Notes: generated from the letters alone by a model not told the origin. A DNA stretch of 63,997 bases, filler included, from Acidimicrobiia bacterium (GCA_046759765.1; 18 parts of 18 records of this genome joined end to end with filler, not necessarily neighbours in it); one strand, 5' to 3'; counted from the first letter of the whole stretch, positions 1 through 9,192 are shown. Translations and numbers: made by a program.

Positions 1-235
1 CTCGGCGCCTCAGGCCGAGCTGGACGAGATGAAGGCTCAGCTGAGGTCGGCCTTCGGGCTGGCGGAGCCGGTGCCGGGCATGGTTCTGCCGCTCAAGCCG
101 GAGGACCTGCCGGAGGCAGCGTCGATCATTGAGGAGGCCGCCCGGATGCTTCGCGGCGCAGCCGCAGAGGTCCGGGCCGCCTGGCAGTCGGCCCACGAGG
201 TCGTCCAGGCTCTACGTCAGATAAAGGACAGTTGA
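1..235 (+). CDS. Hypothetical protein, 5'-truncated
   Basis: Frame is open from the window start (SAPQAELDEMKAQLRSAFG...) with GC3-rich codons; converges on hflX. Confidence 0.5.
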   Translation, partial: SAPQAELDEMKAQLRSAFGLAEPVPGMVLPLKPEDLPEAASIIEEAARMLRGAAAEVRAAWQSAHEVVQALRQIKDS

Positions 236-262
236 CAGGGCTTCTGCTCGACCAAGGACATT

Positions 263-285
263 GGGAGCCGGTTCCGCCGGCTCCC
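263..285. terminator. Hairpin between convergent genes
   Basis: GGGAGCCGG-ttccg-CCGGCTCCC, perfect 9-bp stem. Confidence 0.6.
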
Positions 286-287
286 GT

Positions 288-1592
288 TCACACCGCGAAG
301 CTCTCGAACTTGGCCGCGTGCGTGGCCGGCAGTCTGACCACCACGAGAGTGCCCTCTTCCAGGTGCTCTTCTCGAATGAGCTCACCGTGCCGATGGATGG
401 CTGCCAGCGCGTCTCCGCGATCGTAAGGAATCTCTAGCTTTACTTCCACGGACCGTGCCGCAAGGGCGTCGTTTAGCGCTTCCTCCAGTGCCTCTATACC
501 TTCGCCTGTGAGGGCCGAAGCGACCACTGCGTCTGGAAACAATCCCTCCAATCGTTTCAGCGCGCTCGCCGGCGCGATGTCGGCCTTGTTGAGAACCATC
601 AGCTCGGGCACGGATGCGGCATCGATCTCACCGAGAACCTCCCTGACCGCCTCGATCTGCCCTGATGCATCCGGCTCGTTTCCGTCGACAATGTGCATAA
701 GCAGGTCGGCTTGGGCTACCTCGACGAGTGTGGATCGGAAGGCCTCTACCAGCTCGTGAGGAAGGTCCCTGACAAAGCCGACGGTGTCGGACAGGAGAAC
801 CTTTGTGCCGTTCGGTAGTCGGTGTCGCCTTACTGTGGAGTCGAGGGTGGAGAAGAGCCGGTCCTCGACTAGCACGCCGGCGTCGGTCAGCCGGTTGAGC
901 ATCGTGGACTTTCCGGCATTGGTATACCCAACCAATGCCACGGTGGCCAGATCGGCGCGTTTGCGCGACTTCCTTTGCGTCTCGCGCACGCGCCGCAGCT
1001 TTCGTAGGTCGCGTTCAAGGTGAGCGATTCGCTGGAGAATCCGGCGGCGGTCAGTCTCTAGCTTCGTCTCGCCCGGGCCTCGGGTTCCAATCCCTCCCCC
1101 GAGCCTGCTCAGTTCCGTGCCCTTGCCACGCAACCGAGGCAGGTGATAGCGCAGCAGTGCCAGCTCCACCTGAATGCGGCCCTCCCGGCTGGAAGCGTGC
1201 TGAGCGAAGATATCCAGGATGAGGGCCACTCGGTCGACAACGTCACAGCGAAACAGCGCCTCGAGATTCCGCTGCTGCGCAGGCGTTAGATCATGATCAA
1301 AGACCACCACATCAACATCAAGAGCTCGAGCCTCGTCGGCCAGCTGCTCAGCCTGTCCCCGGCCGATCAATGTTGCCGCGTCGAACTTGCCCCGCACTCG
1401 GACGACTTCGGTGCCTGCCGAGATCGAACCGGCGGTATCGGCCAGCAACGCAAGTTCTGTCATCGAGCGTTCGCTCTCGAAGCCACGGCCGCGTACTACG
1501 CCGACGAGCAAGGCTCGTTGCTCTACGACCTCGAGGTCGGTGACGGTAGCCGTCAGCCGGCGGCGCTGGCGCCCGGGAGAGTCATCTACCAA
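288..1592 (-). CDS. hflX: GTPase HflX
   Basis: GGGIGTRGPGETKLETDRRRI, G1 GYTNAGKST, G2 LFSTLD, G3 DTVG, G4 NKAD. Confidence 0.97.
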   Translation of the reverse strand: MVDDSPGRQRRRLTATVTDLEVVEQRALLVGVVRGRGFESERSMTELALLADTAGSISAGTEVVRVRGKFDAATLIGRGQAEQLADEARALDVDVVVFDHDLTPAQQRNLEALFRCDVVDRVALILDIFAQHASSREGRIQVELALLRYHLPRLRGKGTELSRLGGGIGTRGPGETKLETDRRRILQRIAHLERDLRKLRRVRETQRKSRKRADLATVALVGYTNAGKSTMLNRLTDAGVLVEDRLFSTLDSTVRRHRLPNGTKVLLSDTVGFVRDLPHELVEAFRSTLVEVAQADLLMHIVDGNEPDASGQIEAVREVLGEIDAASVPELMVLNKADIAPASALKRLEGLFPDAVVASALTGEGIEALEEALNDALAARSVEVKLEIPYDRGDALAAIHRHGELIREEHLEEGTLVVVRLPATHAAKFESFAV

Positions 1593-1761
1593 AGGATTGC
1601 TCCCTCACTGATCGGAAGGTCACTGTAAGTCGGCCCCGGACGATGTGCGGCCGATTTTCACTGCGCGCGACGACTGCCGATTTAAGGTTCCAATTCGGGA
1701 ATTTGCGGGTCACTTTTCGCGCTCTTAGTGTTTGAGACGAGCGGGCGAAGGGGGACGTTCC

Positions 1762-1962
1762 GTGGAGCCGACACCGGGTTTCCGAACCTGGGGTGTGTGG
1801 CCGATCCTGGGGGCAGGCATCGGAGTTCTGCTTATGAATCTCTTCATCGTCGGTCTCGTGGCCTTTCTTTTGGTGCAGGTCTTGCTGCTCGAAAAGCCTC
1901 GATGGAGGCCGTGGAAGTGGACGACTCCCTGGATGTTTCCTCGTGAGTGGCGCGACGACTAG
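1762..1962 (+). CDS. Small membrane protein
   Basis: GTG after a GGGGA RBS-like sequence; long hydrophobic stretch and Trp-rich tail. Confidence 0.45.
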   Translation: MEPTPGFRTWGVWPILGAGIGVLLMNLFIVGLVAFLLVQVLLLEKPRWRPWKWTTPWMFPREWRDD

Positions 1963-1998
1963 AACGCTCGCCTCACTAGTGAACACACGCAGAGCGAA

Positions 1999-2301
1999 TC
2001 AGAGATAGACGCCGCCTTCTCGGTCGTCGCTCTCCTTCTCTTCCGCAATGATCTGCGATTCGCGAACGGCGACGACGACGTTGCCTGTCTCGGGCCAGAG
2101 AAACCGCCAGGATCCCGACGGAACTGCCCAGAATCGCCGGCCCGTGTGAACATCGACCAGCGTAAGCGCATCACTGGTCTTCTCCGTACCGGCGGGTACC
2201 ACGAGACCCGAGCGTGTGTTCGTCTCATCAGGCAGATGACCGACTCTCCAGCCAGACATCACTCGAAAGTCACTGTCGCCGTTCGGATGTGGACCGTTCA
2301 T
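1999..2301 (-). CDS. Hypothetical protein
   Basis: ORF fills the gap between neighbouring genes; no recognisable motif; start uncertain. Confidence 0.4.
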   Translation of the reverse strand: MNGPHPNGDSDFRVMSGWRVGHLPDETNTRSGLVVPAGTEKTSDALTLVDVHTGRRFWAVPSGSWRFLWPETGNVVVAVRESQIIAEEKESDDREGGVYL

Positions 2302-2390
2302 TGCTCTCCAATATGCCAGATTCTCGGCGTAAGTGTGGAATGCAGCACGAACGAGCATGCCCGGGCGGAGCGGTTACCCTCCAGAACGGA

Positions 2391-3404
2391 ATGCGACTGA
2401 TGCGGGCCGTGGCCGTCGCCGCGGTGATGGTTGCGGCGCTTCCCTCTGCCATCGCAGGGGCGGATACGGTCGAAGAAGCCGTCGACGACGTCAACGAAGC
2501 CGAGCAGGCGGTAGGTCAGGCGTCTCGGGACCGCGCTCGGCTGCAGCGCACCATTTCCGAATTGGCTAGCGCCCGGAATCAGGTTCTCGAAGGACTCCTC
2601 ACGACCCTCAGCGAGTACGAGCAGCGGAATGCCGAGCTCGAGGAGGCGACCTACATCGTCACCAATCTCCGGTCCCGGCTTCTCGTCACCGAGGAAGAGG
2701 TCATTGAGCTGCGCTCTTCGGTACAGGAGCGGGCCGTCCGCGCCTACATGCGCGGTGCCTTCGAAGCTAACACCGTCCTGTGGTCGGCCGGGTCCTTCCA
2801 AGAAGCGGTCATCCTCATCCAGGCGGTCGAGACGACCGCGGAGCGTGACACCGATGTTTTGGGCAACCTCGCCAATACGCGATCGGTTCTGGGTGACCTG
2901 CGGGACGAATTCGAAAGCGAGCGGCGGCGACTGCTGACAGTGCGCGACGAGCTCGGCTCGCTCGCCGCTGAGCTCGAGAGCCGCTTCACGGCGACCGATA
3001 CGGCGTTGGGCCAGGCTTATCGCGACCTCGGTGACGCCGACAGTCGCTACCAGTCGGCGTTGTCGGATCTGGAGACCGCTCAACGGAAACTGGCCACGTT
3101 CCGAGGGGCGGGCCAGTGGCGCCCCATCGTGGAGCGGTTCTTCCGCGCCCCCTTGGTCGAGGACGCCCTGTGGGTGATGCAGTGTGAGAGTAGGGGCAAC
3201 CCCGACGCGACGAACTCTGTGACGGATGCCGCCGGTCTCTACCAATTCCTTTCCGGCACCTGGACCTACGCCAGCTCTGGTGCCGGGTTTGCTGGAGCCA
3301 GCCGTTATGACCCTGAGGCAAATATTGCCTCCGCCGCCTGGCTCGCTCACCGCTATCAAGATCGGGGCTCCAGTCCGTGGGTGCCCTGGAGCTGCAAGCC
3401 CTAG
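2391..3404 (+). CDS. Secreted coiled-coil protein with a C-terminal lytic transglycosylase (SLT/Rpf-like) domain
   Basis: Signal peptide ending AIAGA, long heptad region, CESRGNPDATN...AAGLYQF...TW motif. Confidence 0.85.
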   Translation: MRLMRAVAVAAVMVAALPSAIAGADTVEEAVDDVNEAEQAVGQASRDRARLQRTISELASARNQVLEGLLTTLSEYEQRNAELEEATYIVTNLRSRLLVTEEEVIELRSSVQERAVRAYMRGAFEANTVLWSAGSFQEAVILIQAVETTAERDTDVLGNLANTRSVLGDLRDEFESERRRLLTVRDELGSLAAELESRFTATDTALGQAYRDLGDADSRYQSALSDLETAQRKLATFRGAGQWRPIVERFFRAPLVEDALWVMQCESRGNPDATNSVTDAAGLYQFLSGTWTYASSGAGFAGASRYDPEANIASAAWLAHRYQDRGSSPWVPWSCKP

Positions 3405-3643
3405 CTAGAGCGCTCCGATCAAGCGCAGTGTGTTCCAGACGGTAAATCCGGCTCCCAGTACGAACGCGATGGCCAAGTAAGCCAGAACAATCCGGGTGTC
3501 TCCGAGCAGACACCTGCTCTTCAGCAGCCCGGCCCTGCGTGCCCGGCCGTAAGCCACGATTGCCAGCCCGCTCATCACCGCCACCATCAATGGAGGGGAG
3601 AGGAGCCAGGCCAGCAGCGCAATGGTCGTAAACACGCACATCC
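3405..3643 (-). CDS. Small membrane protein, 5'-truncated
   Basis: Two to three hydrophobic helices; frame open to the contig edge. Confidence 0.55.
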
Positions 3644-3743
3644 NNNNNNNNNNNNNNNNNNNNNNNNNNNNNNNNNNNNNNNNNNNNTTAATTAATTAAN
3701 NNNNNNNNNNNNNNNNNNNNNNNNNNNNNNNNNNNNNNNNNNN
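3644..3743. other. Artificial contig linker (N44-TTAATTAATTAA-N44), first of 17; the others start at 7386, 11123, 14842, 18525, 22207, 25875, 29483, 33085, 36659, 40206, 43735, 47261, 50732, 54202, 57654 and 61056
   Basis: Identical 100-nt spacer with stops in all six frames; contig lengths fall monotonically (3642, 3637, 3619 ... 3302); genes are cut at the linkers. Confidence 0.99.
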
Positions 3744-3830
3744 TACAAGCTACGGAACACAACCCCGCAGCACCCCTAAGACCTATCAGGCACTTCCGCG
3801 ACGACGTGGACCATTGCCCGTGACCACTCA
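3744..3830 (+). mobile_element. Possible IS21-family right end (IstB C-terminus)
   Basis: Contig begins YKLRNTTPQHP*, similar to the IstB SYRL tail, followed by GTGACCACTCAC; weak. Confidence 0.3.
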
Positions 3831-3875
3831 CGGTGACCTCGAATTTCGCACTCGGTCCCGCGGCGGTCGGGGTTG

Positions 3876-4244
3876 CTATGACTGCAGCGGAGGGCGGCGG
3901 ACTCTCAGCGCCCCTGGTTCGATGACGACGTTGCAGCCACTGAAGTCGTCTAAGGCGTGTTCGCCGAGGAAGGTGGCGACGAGCATGAGGAGGACGCTGG
4001 GACGTAGCTCTCGGGCATGGAGAACGAAGATGCCCGGATGTGTCCCAGGTGGGTAGACGCGGACATCTCCGAAGCCTCGATCGACGGTGATCAGAATCCT
4101 GTCTTCCGAGACCGCTGCCTCGGCCAGAGCGCGGTCGCGGGCGCCGACGAGGTCCTGGTCCGCGACCGTAGAGACGTCGTGGCCATACTGTCGAAGGAGC
4201 TCGATGACACGAGCGGGGATGTTCTCGTCGGCCTTCAGCCTCAC
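3876..4244 (-). CDS. DUF5615 PIN-like toxin
   Basis: MRLKADENIP...GHDV...D...A..EDRILITVDRGFG; overlaps the DUF433 gene by 4 nt. Confidence 0.9.
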   Translation of the reverse strand: MRLKADENIPARVIELLRQYGHDVSTVADQDLVGARDRALAEAAVSEDRILITVDRGFGDVRVYPPGTHPGIFVLHARELRPSVLLMLVATFLGEHALDDFSGCNVVIEPGALRVRRPPLQS

Positions 4245-4477
4245 GGACGTTGCAGCGGAAGCACGTCCTCATCGGCGAGCGCAGCACCGTAGGCGGCGGC
4301 GGCGCGGATGCCCTCGACGGTCAGGGTCGGATACTCCTCGAGGATCTCCTGCTCAGTCATGCCCTCAGCCAGACAACCGAGCACCAGAGTCACCGGGACG
4401 CGCGTCCCTCGGATGTGAGCCTGGCCGTGCAGCACCTCCGGGTCCGTGGCAATGAGCTCCATCTCCTGCTCCGTCAT
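4241..4477 (-). CDS. DUF433 family antitoxin
   Basis: DPEVLHGQAHIRGTRVPV..VL..LAEG.T..EILEEYP.L; ATG at 4477. Confidence 0.9.
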   Translation of the reverse strand: MTEQEMELIATDPEVLHGQAHIRGTRVPVTLVLGCLAEGMTEQEILEEYPTLTVEGIRAAAAYGAALADEDVLPLQRP

Positions 4478-4555
4478 GGAAGCAGTGTAAGCCGGCAGAC
4501 CTCGATTCCGAGGTCCGATCGTCGGCGGTCTCCAGGCCCAGAGACGGCTCAGTTC

Positions 4556-4588
4556 TGGGCCACGCTTGGGCCACACCTGGGCCACATC
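4556..4588 (+). repeat. Three tandem 11-bp direct repeats (TGGGCCACnnn), likely integrase arm-type sites
   Basis: tgggccacgct-tgggccacacc-tgggccacatc, about 125 bp from a tRNA 3' fragment. Confidence 0.65.
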
Positions 4589-4711
4589 GGGGTCAGAAAG
4601 GACGCAAAATGACGCGAACTGCTGCAAACCACATTCGGGGCAAAATGCCTGCTCAGACCGCATTTCTGGGCGTTTTCGCAGGTCAGCGTAAACGCACGAA
4701 AACCCCCTGAA

Positions 4712-4760
4712 CCGGCCTCTCAAGCCGGTAACGCCGGTTCGAATCCGGTCGGGGCTACCA
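4712..4760 (+). mobile_element. 3' fragment of tRNA-Glu(CUC), att site of an integrated element
   Basis: Anticodon arm CCGGC-CTCTCAA-GCCGG, T-arm GCCGG-TTCGAAT-CCGGT, ends CCA; no 5' acceptor strand or D-arm upstream. Confidence 0.85.
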
Positions 4761-4820
4761 AGCAAAACCCCTGCTCAGCGGCAGTTTCCGGCGTCCGATA
4801 GAGGTGCTGCGGCTGCCGTC

Positions 4821-5267
4821 TCATGTCTCACACCCCAGGTCGATCCTCACGCGACTCTCCCCGCCGTCGGATCCGGTGAGAGCGATCGGGCTCGGCGTCA
4901 CGACCCGTTTGTCGATCACATCCATCAGCCCACCACTGTCGCTAATGCGCTGAAGAACACGGCCGTCTGGCTCGATGATCTGAATGAGTTGGATTCCCCG
5001 GCCGATAGCCAGCTCGATATGGATCTCCGATTCACCGGCCATGGCTACTGCCCGCACTTCCACGCCTTCTTCGGCGATGAGGCAGGGCTCGGCCGAGGTA
5101 ACGACGTATTCGCTCTCGTCGATGGCGATAGTGCCGACGCCCTCAGGGAGATCGATGCCGACCAGCCCCGCGGCGACCTCTTTCATCGTGCTCACCGTGC
5201 CGCCGAACGAGTCACACATCGCATGGACCTCGACCTTTACCCGGTTGCCGAAGGGACCCATCGTCAA
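4821..5267 (-). CDS. Hypothetical protein, probably an N-terminally truncated remnant
   Basis: Protein-like composition; frame stays open to a TGA at 5322-5324. Confidence 0.45.
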   Translation of the reverse strand: MTMGPFGNRVKVEVHAMCDSFGGTVSTMKEVAAGLVGIDLPEGVGTIAIDESEYVVTSAEPCLIAEEGVEVRAVAMAGESEIHIELAIGRGIQLIQIIEPDGRVLQRISDSGGLMDVIDKRVVTPSPIALTGSDGGESRVRIDLGCET

Positions 5268-5489
5268 CGGCTGTGTCGTCGTCCAGCGATTGCCATCGAT
5301 GGAGCCCAGGTTGTATGTCAGTCAGCTTGACACCGCCAATGACACCGCTTCATCGATCGTCATGCGTCTGCCGCTGCGAATTGCTCGCTCGACCGTCTCG
5401 CTTGGATTGTCCCTGATGATCAGCACGGTCCGGATACTGCGTCGTAGCTACCCCAACCGGGCAGGTGACGCCCGCGGAGACGGTCGTTA

Positions 5490-5855
5490 TCAATCGTTGA
5501 GCTGGGCCAGCACGGCCTTCGGGGCCTGGAGGCGGAAGCTTTCGTCGATCCAGCCTTCGATCAAACCCTTGGGAGGGATCTCGTCGGCGGGGAAGTTGAC
5601 CGTGACCCAGTTGGTGTTACCGATCGTGTAGTGATCCGGTTCGGCGGCCGCCAAGGCTTTGGCTTCGGGGATTGACTCGTCGAGCTTCAGGATGATGTTG
5701 TAGGAGTCCTCTGTCTCTCCGAGGTAGACGAATCCCTTGTTGCGGGCCTTGAAGGCCCGTTTCACGCACGAGTCCCCTTCATTCGTCTCGGGGTAGGTCA
5801 GCGAGTGCTCGCGCAGCGTCTTGATCACCTCGAACTGGAACTCTTCGGCCGCCAT
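5490..5855 (-). CDS. MmcQ/YjbR family protein
   Basis: YPET.E...AFKARNKGF...NWVTV...IEGWIDESFRLQAPK. Confidence 0.85.
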   Translation of the reverse strand: MAAEEFQFEVIKTLREHSLTYPETNEGDSCVKRAFKARNKGFVYLGETEDSYNIILKLDESIPEAKALAAAEPDHYTIGNTNWVTVNFPADEIPPKGLIEGWIDESFRLQAPKAVLAQLND

Positions 5856-5917
5856 AGCCGGATGTTACGACGGACCGACGGCATAGGATCCGGAACGATC
5901 TCTAGCGGGAGGTATCC

Positions 5918-6262
5918 ATGGCGATAGTCGGTGCTCATGCTCTGCTTTACACCCCGGAAGCCGAGGCTGTGCGGGCGTTACTTCGGGACGTCATCGGTTG
6001 GGACTATGTGGATGACGGCGAGGGCTGGCTCATCTTCAAGCTCCCGCCGGCCGAGATGGGGGTTCATCCCGGCGACACCACCAAGCATGAGATTTCGTTC
6101 ATGTGCGACGACATCGAGGCGACAGTGTCCGAGCTCAAAGACAAGGGCGTCGAGTTCCGCGGAATACCAACTGACGCCGGATTCGGCATCGTGACCACCA
6201 TGGTGTTTCCCGGCGGCGTCGAGGTCTCGCTCTACGAACCTCGTCACTCGACGGCTATCTGA
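5918..6262 (+). CDS. VOC/glyoxalase family protein
   Basis: GAHALLYT...GWLIFKLPPAEMGVHP...ISFMCDDIEATV.EL..KGVEF; GGAGG RBS. Confidence 0.9.
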   Translation: MAIVGAHALLYTPEAEAVRALLRDVIGWDYVDDGEGWLIFKLPPAEMGVHPGDTTKHEISFMCDDIEATVSELKDKGVEFRGIPTDAGFGIVTTMVFPGGVEVSLYEPRHSTAI

Positions 6263-6265
6263 GGT

Positions 6266-7385
6266 TTACCGGGCTCCCATCTCCGCGAGCTGCTGCTTGA
6301 AAGCGTCGATCTCCGGCACTCCGATAACCGTCTTCTCGAGCCACTCAGGCAGCCCCGTCATCAGTGAAGGATCCGCCTGGACCCCGCCCATGCGCTGGGT
6401 ATAAGCGTGGTCGGTGATGAGGTAGTCCCAGAGCAGGGGCTCGGCCACCCGGGAGACAACCTGCTCGGGCGTGACATTCACCACTGTGAAGTCCTGAGCC
6501 AGCGTGAAGGGTCCGTCATAGCCGGTCCGTACGCCGTCCAGGATCGGCTGCGGAGTTCCCGGCGCCACGATGGCGTGGAAGCCCATCGCCAGCTGTGGCT
6601 TGGTGGCTGCGAATACCTTCGCCGCGGCTTCAGGAGCCGTGTGCTTGGTCCAGGCGACGATCTTGGCCTGCAGCTCGGTCCAGCCCATGTTCTCCACGTA
6701 TGTCTCGGGCGGATTGAAAATCTCGTGGATCAGCAGATCGACATCCTGGGCGTGCTCGACGGTGATGGTCGAGGGCTCACAGTCGCCGGCGTACACGACA
6801 CTCATACCCTCGAAGTCGAGGCGATATCCAACCGCACCGAAGATTCCGTGCGGCACGGGAAATGAAGTCACCACTACGCCGTTGGCGTCGTAAACCACCT
6901 GGGACTGGTCAGCCGGGAATTCGTGTGCCTGCATCTCGAAGCCGCGCGGGTCGAGGTTTCCCACTTTCGTGTGGTCATGTCACCGGGCAAAGCGTCGGAT
7001 CGAGTCCACGAGCGCCTCGATGCCCTCTTCGGGAGACGGACCCTCCGGGCCATGGATATGCATGGGCTCGAGACGGCCGTTCGACTGCCCGAAGTCGTAA
7101 TAAACCGGCAGATCGGCGATGTGATCCAGGTGGTAATGGGTGATGAAGAACTTCGAAGCCTTCCAGTACGGGACGCGGAGCGTGTTGAAGGCCGCGTTGG
7201 TGCCGGTCCCGGCATCGAAAATGAAGACATCACCGTTGCCCAACTCGACCATGAAGCCCGCACAGCCCTGGGCCCGGCGGGCCGGGTACCCGGTTCCCAG
7301 CGCCGTCACCCGCATCTCTGCAGGCGCCAGGTCCTCGGAGCCCGGGATGAACACGCCTGCGTACTCCTTCAGCTCAGCGGACCCG
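6266..7385 (-). pseudogene. RNase Z-like MBL-fold hydrolase (GntH-like), 5'-truncated and interrupted by an in-frame TGA at 6980-6982
   Basis: MRVTALGTG, FDAGTG, THYHLDH, H..G..GYR, YAGD, DLLIHE, HT; the two listed ORFs share one frame. Confidence 0.75.
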
Positions 7386-7485
7386 NNNNNNNNNNNNNNN
7401 NNNNNNNNNNNNNNNNNNNNNNNNNNNNNTTAATTAATTAANNNNNNNNNNNNNNNNNNNNNNNNNNNNNNNNNNNNNNNNNNNN

Positions 7486-7674
7486 CAGATCGCTGTTTCG
7501 TTCCACCGCCAGGAGCTCCGGCGCGTCCGGAGCGAACGACTCGTTGCTGTCCTCCTCCATCGGGAAGTTTTGCGCTAAAGCTCCGAGAACCATCGATATC
7601 AGGACGACGACGATTACAACTATCCAAGGGACCCTTCGGACCGCGGCGGCGATCCCATTGACGAGGGTTTTCAC
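7486..7674 (-). CDS. MMPL/RND family transporter, N-terminal fragment
   Basis: RRVPWIVVIVVVLIS..LG followed by SFAPDAPEL. Confidence 0.6.
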
Positions 7675-7778
7675 GGCTGGGACTCCTGTTCGTTTCTGGA
7701 TATCGGGCCACGCCTGGGCCCGCAGTTCTCAACGCTCCGTCGGGAAGAGTAGAACGCGGCCGAGCGGACCCAAATTCC

Positions 7779-7979
7779 ATGGCTGCCTATCGTCACCTCG
7801 TGCCCGGCAGACACGCACATGATCCGTGGCGCGAGCTCGGCCCGATTCGCGGTTCGATCGCGGCCCTGGGGCTGTTCGTGCTGGGCATCGTTCGGTTCTT
7901 CCGCGAAGGTCCTGAGTGGCTGATCGGTTTGCTGATCACGGCCGTCGCGGTCGCCGTTTTCCTGATGGTTGCTCAGTAG
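7779..7979 (+). CDS. Small two-helix membrane protein
   Basis: Hydrophobic pattern; fills an intergenic gap. Confidence 0.5.
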   Translation: MAAYRHLVPGRHAHDPWRELGPIRGSIAALGLFVLGIVRFFREGPEWLIGLLITAVAVAVFLMVAQ

Positions 7980-8007
7980 CAGCAGCTCCTCACGACCCCC
8001 TTCCACC

Positions 8008-8044
8008 TGTCACACCCCCCATGTATGATCGAACGTATGTTCGA
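8008..8044 (+). promoter_or_regulatory. RecA-NDp/PafBC-type promoter overlapping a LexA SOS box
   Basis: TGTC-N12-TATGAT (8008-8029) and TCGAACgtatGTTCGA (8029-8044). Confidence 0.8.
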
Positions 8045-9149
8045 TACAGAGATTTCGGTGGACAGCCTGGAGCAAGCGCTCCTCGACTCCGAGCGGGTAA
8101 TCGCCGTACATCGGTCCCGCCAGCTGGGTGTTCTACGCCGGCTGGAAGAAGCGCAGGTCACGGCAAGGGACGGCTCTCGTTCGATGCAAGAGTGGGTAAC
8201 CGCCCGACTCGGCGTGGAAAGAAACACTGCCAAGGATTTGGTACGTCTGGCGCGGAACATGGCGCAGGAGTCCGAGACCGCGTCAGCGCTGAAAAAGGGC
8301 CGGATCTCGTCTGACCGCGCCAAGGCCGAGGGCCGTCTGGCGGAGGCCGGCGCTTCCGACGAGGTAGTAACAGACTCACGGAGCCGGGATGTTGCGGGCA
8401 TATGGAAGCTGGTCTCCCGCCATCGGCATCTCAGCCGGTGCGACGAGCAGCAGGCCTTTGCGGACCGCTACTTCGTATTGCAACCCAGCCTGGACGAGTC
8501 GTCCTGGCGCCTTTCCGGACAGCTGGCCGGCGTAGACGGCCGGGTAGTGGAAAAGGCCTTGGATCAGAGGCGAGATGAGCTCCCGCGAGACCCGGATGCT
8601 CGAGGCTCAGCATCGCAGCGGAACGCCGACGCCCTCACCTCTATCTGCCAGGACTCCCTCACCGGGGTCTCCCAAGACGGAACGGACCGGTCTGAGCCGC
8701 TGGTGACCGTGTTCGTAGACGCATCGCTGGCAACCGGCACCGGTGGAGAGGCGGGCGTCGAACTAGAAACCGGTCCCAAGATCGGACCCGAGGCGCTATC
8801 AGAGCTGCTGTGCAACGGACGAGTCGACTTCGTAGGTATCAGGGACGGCAAGCCGCTAACGCTGGGAGATAGCCAGGCCGTCGTTCCGCCTCGGCTTCGT
8901 CGCTACATACTCTGGCGAGATGGAGGCTGCGTAATAGACGGCTGTGGCAGCCGCTATCGGCTACAAATCCATCACCTCATGCCCCGCCACCTGGGTGGAA
9001 CCAACGACCAGACCAACCTGGCGACGCTCTGTTGGTATCACCATCACGTAGCCATCCACGGCCAGGGCTATCGCGTAGATCCCGACAGTCCCGCCCACCG
9101 CAGACGGCTGATCAGTTCCGCCGCCACCCGAGCGCCGCCCAGCGGTTGA
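8037..9149 (+). CDS. DUF222 (13E12-repeat-like) HNH endonuclease
   Basis: QRNADAL..IC, RRYILWRDGGC..DGC....LQIHH......GG.N...NL..LC.YHH...H; likely leaderless ATG at 8037. Confidence 0.9.
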   Translation: MFDTEISVDSLEQALLDSERVIAVHRSRQLGVLRRLEEAQVTARDGSRSMQEWVTARLGVERNTAKDLVRLARNMAQESETASALKKGRISSDRAKAEGRLAEAGASDEVVTDSRSRDVAGIWKLVSRHRHLSRCDEQQAFADRYFVLQPSLDESSWRLSGQLAGVDGRVVEKALDQRRDELPRDPDARGSASQRNADALTSICQDSLTGVSQDGTDRSEPLVTVFVDASLATGTGGEAGVELETGPKIGPEALSELLCNGRVDFVGIRDGKPLTLGDSQAVVPPRLRRYILWRDGGCVIDGCGSRYRLQIHHLMPRHLGGTNDQTNLATLCWYHHHVAIHGQGYRVDPDSPAHRRRLISSAATRAPPSG

Positions 9150-9192
9150 AGGTTCATTGAGCCATCAGCAGGTCTTGTGCCTGCGTCGGGAG

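Noticed and set aside
4685..4760. Full-length tRNA-Glu
   Set aside because: No 5' acceptor strand or D-arm; recorded as an att fragment
4478..4765. N-terminal extension of the DUF433 ORF in the ORF track
   Set aside because: It is the antisense reading of the tRNA fragment and att arm; the real start is 4477
5322..5447. In-frame TGA joining ...GRRMTIDEAVSLAVSS* to the 4821-5267 ORF (possible selenocysteine)
   Set aside because: The upstream peptide resembles the natural C-terminal tail of a STAND/TPR protein; no Cys-like context or convincing SECIS; more likely abutting gene remnants
6266..7385. Genome-wide UGA-to-Trp/Gly recoding
   Set aside because: TGA terminates many conserved genes at their normal ends (hflX, pgk, dodecin)
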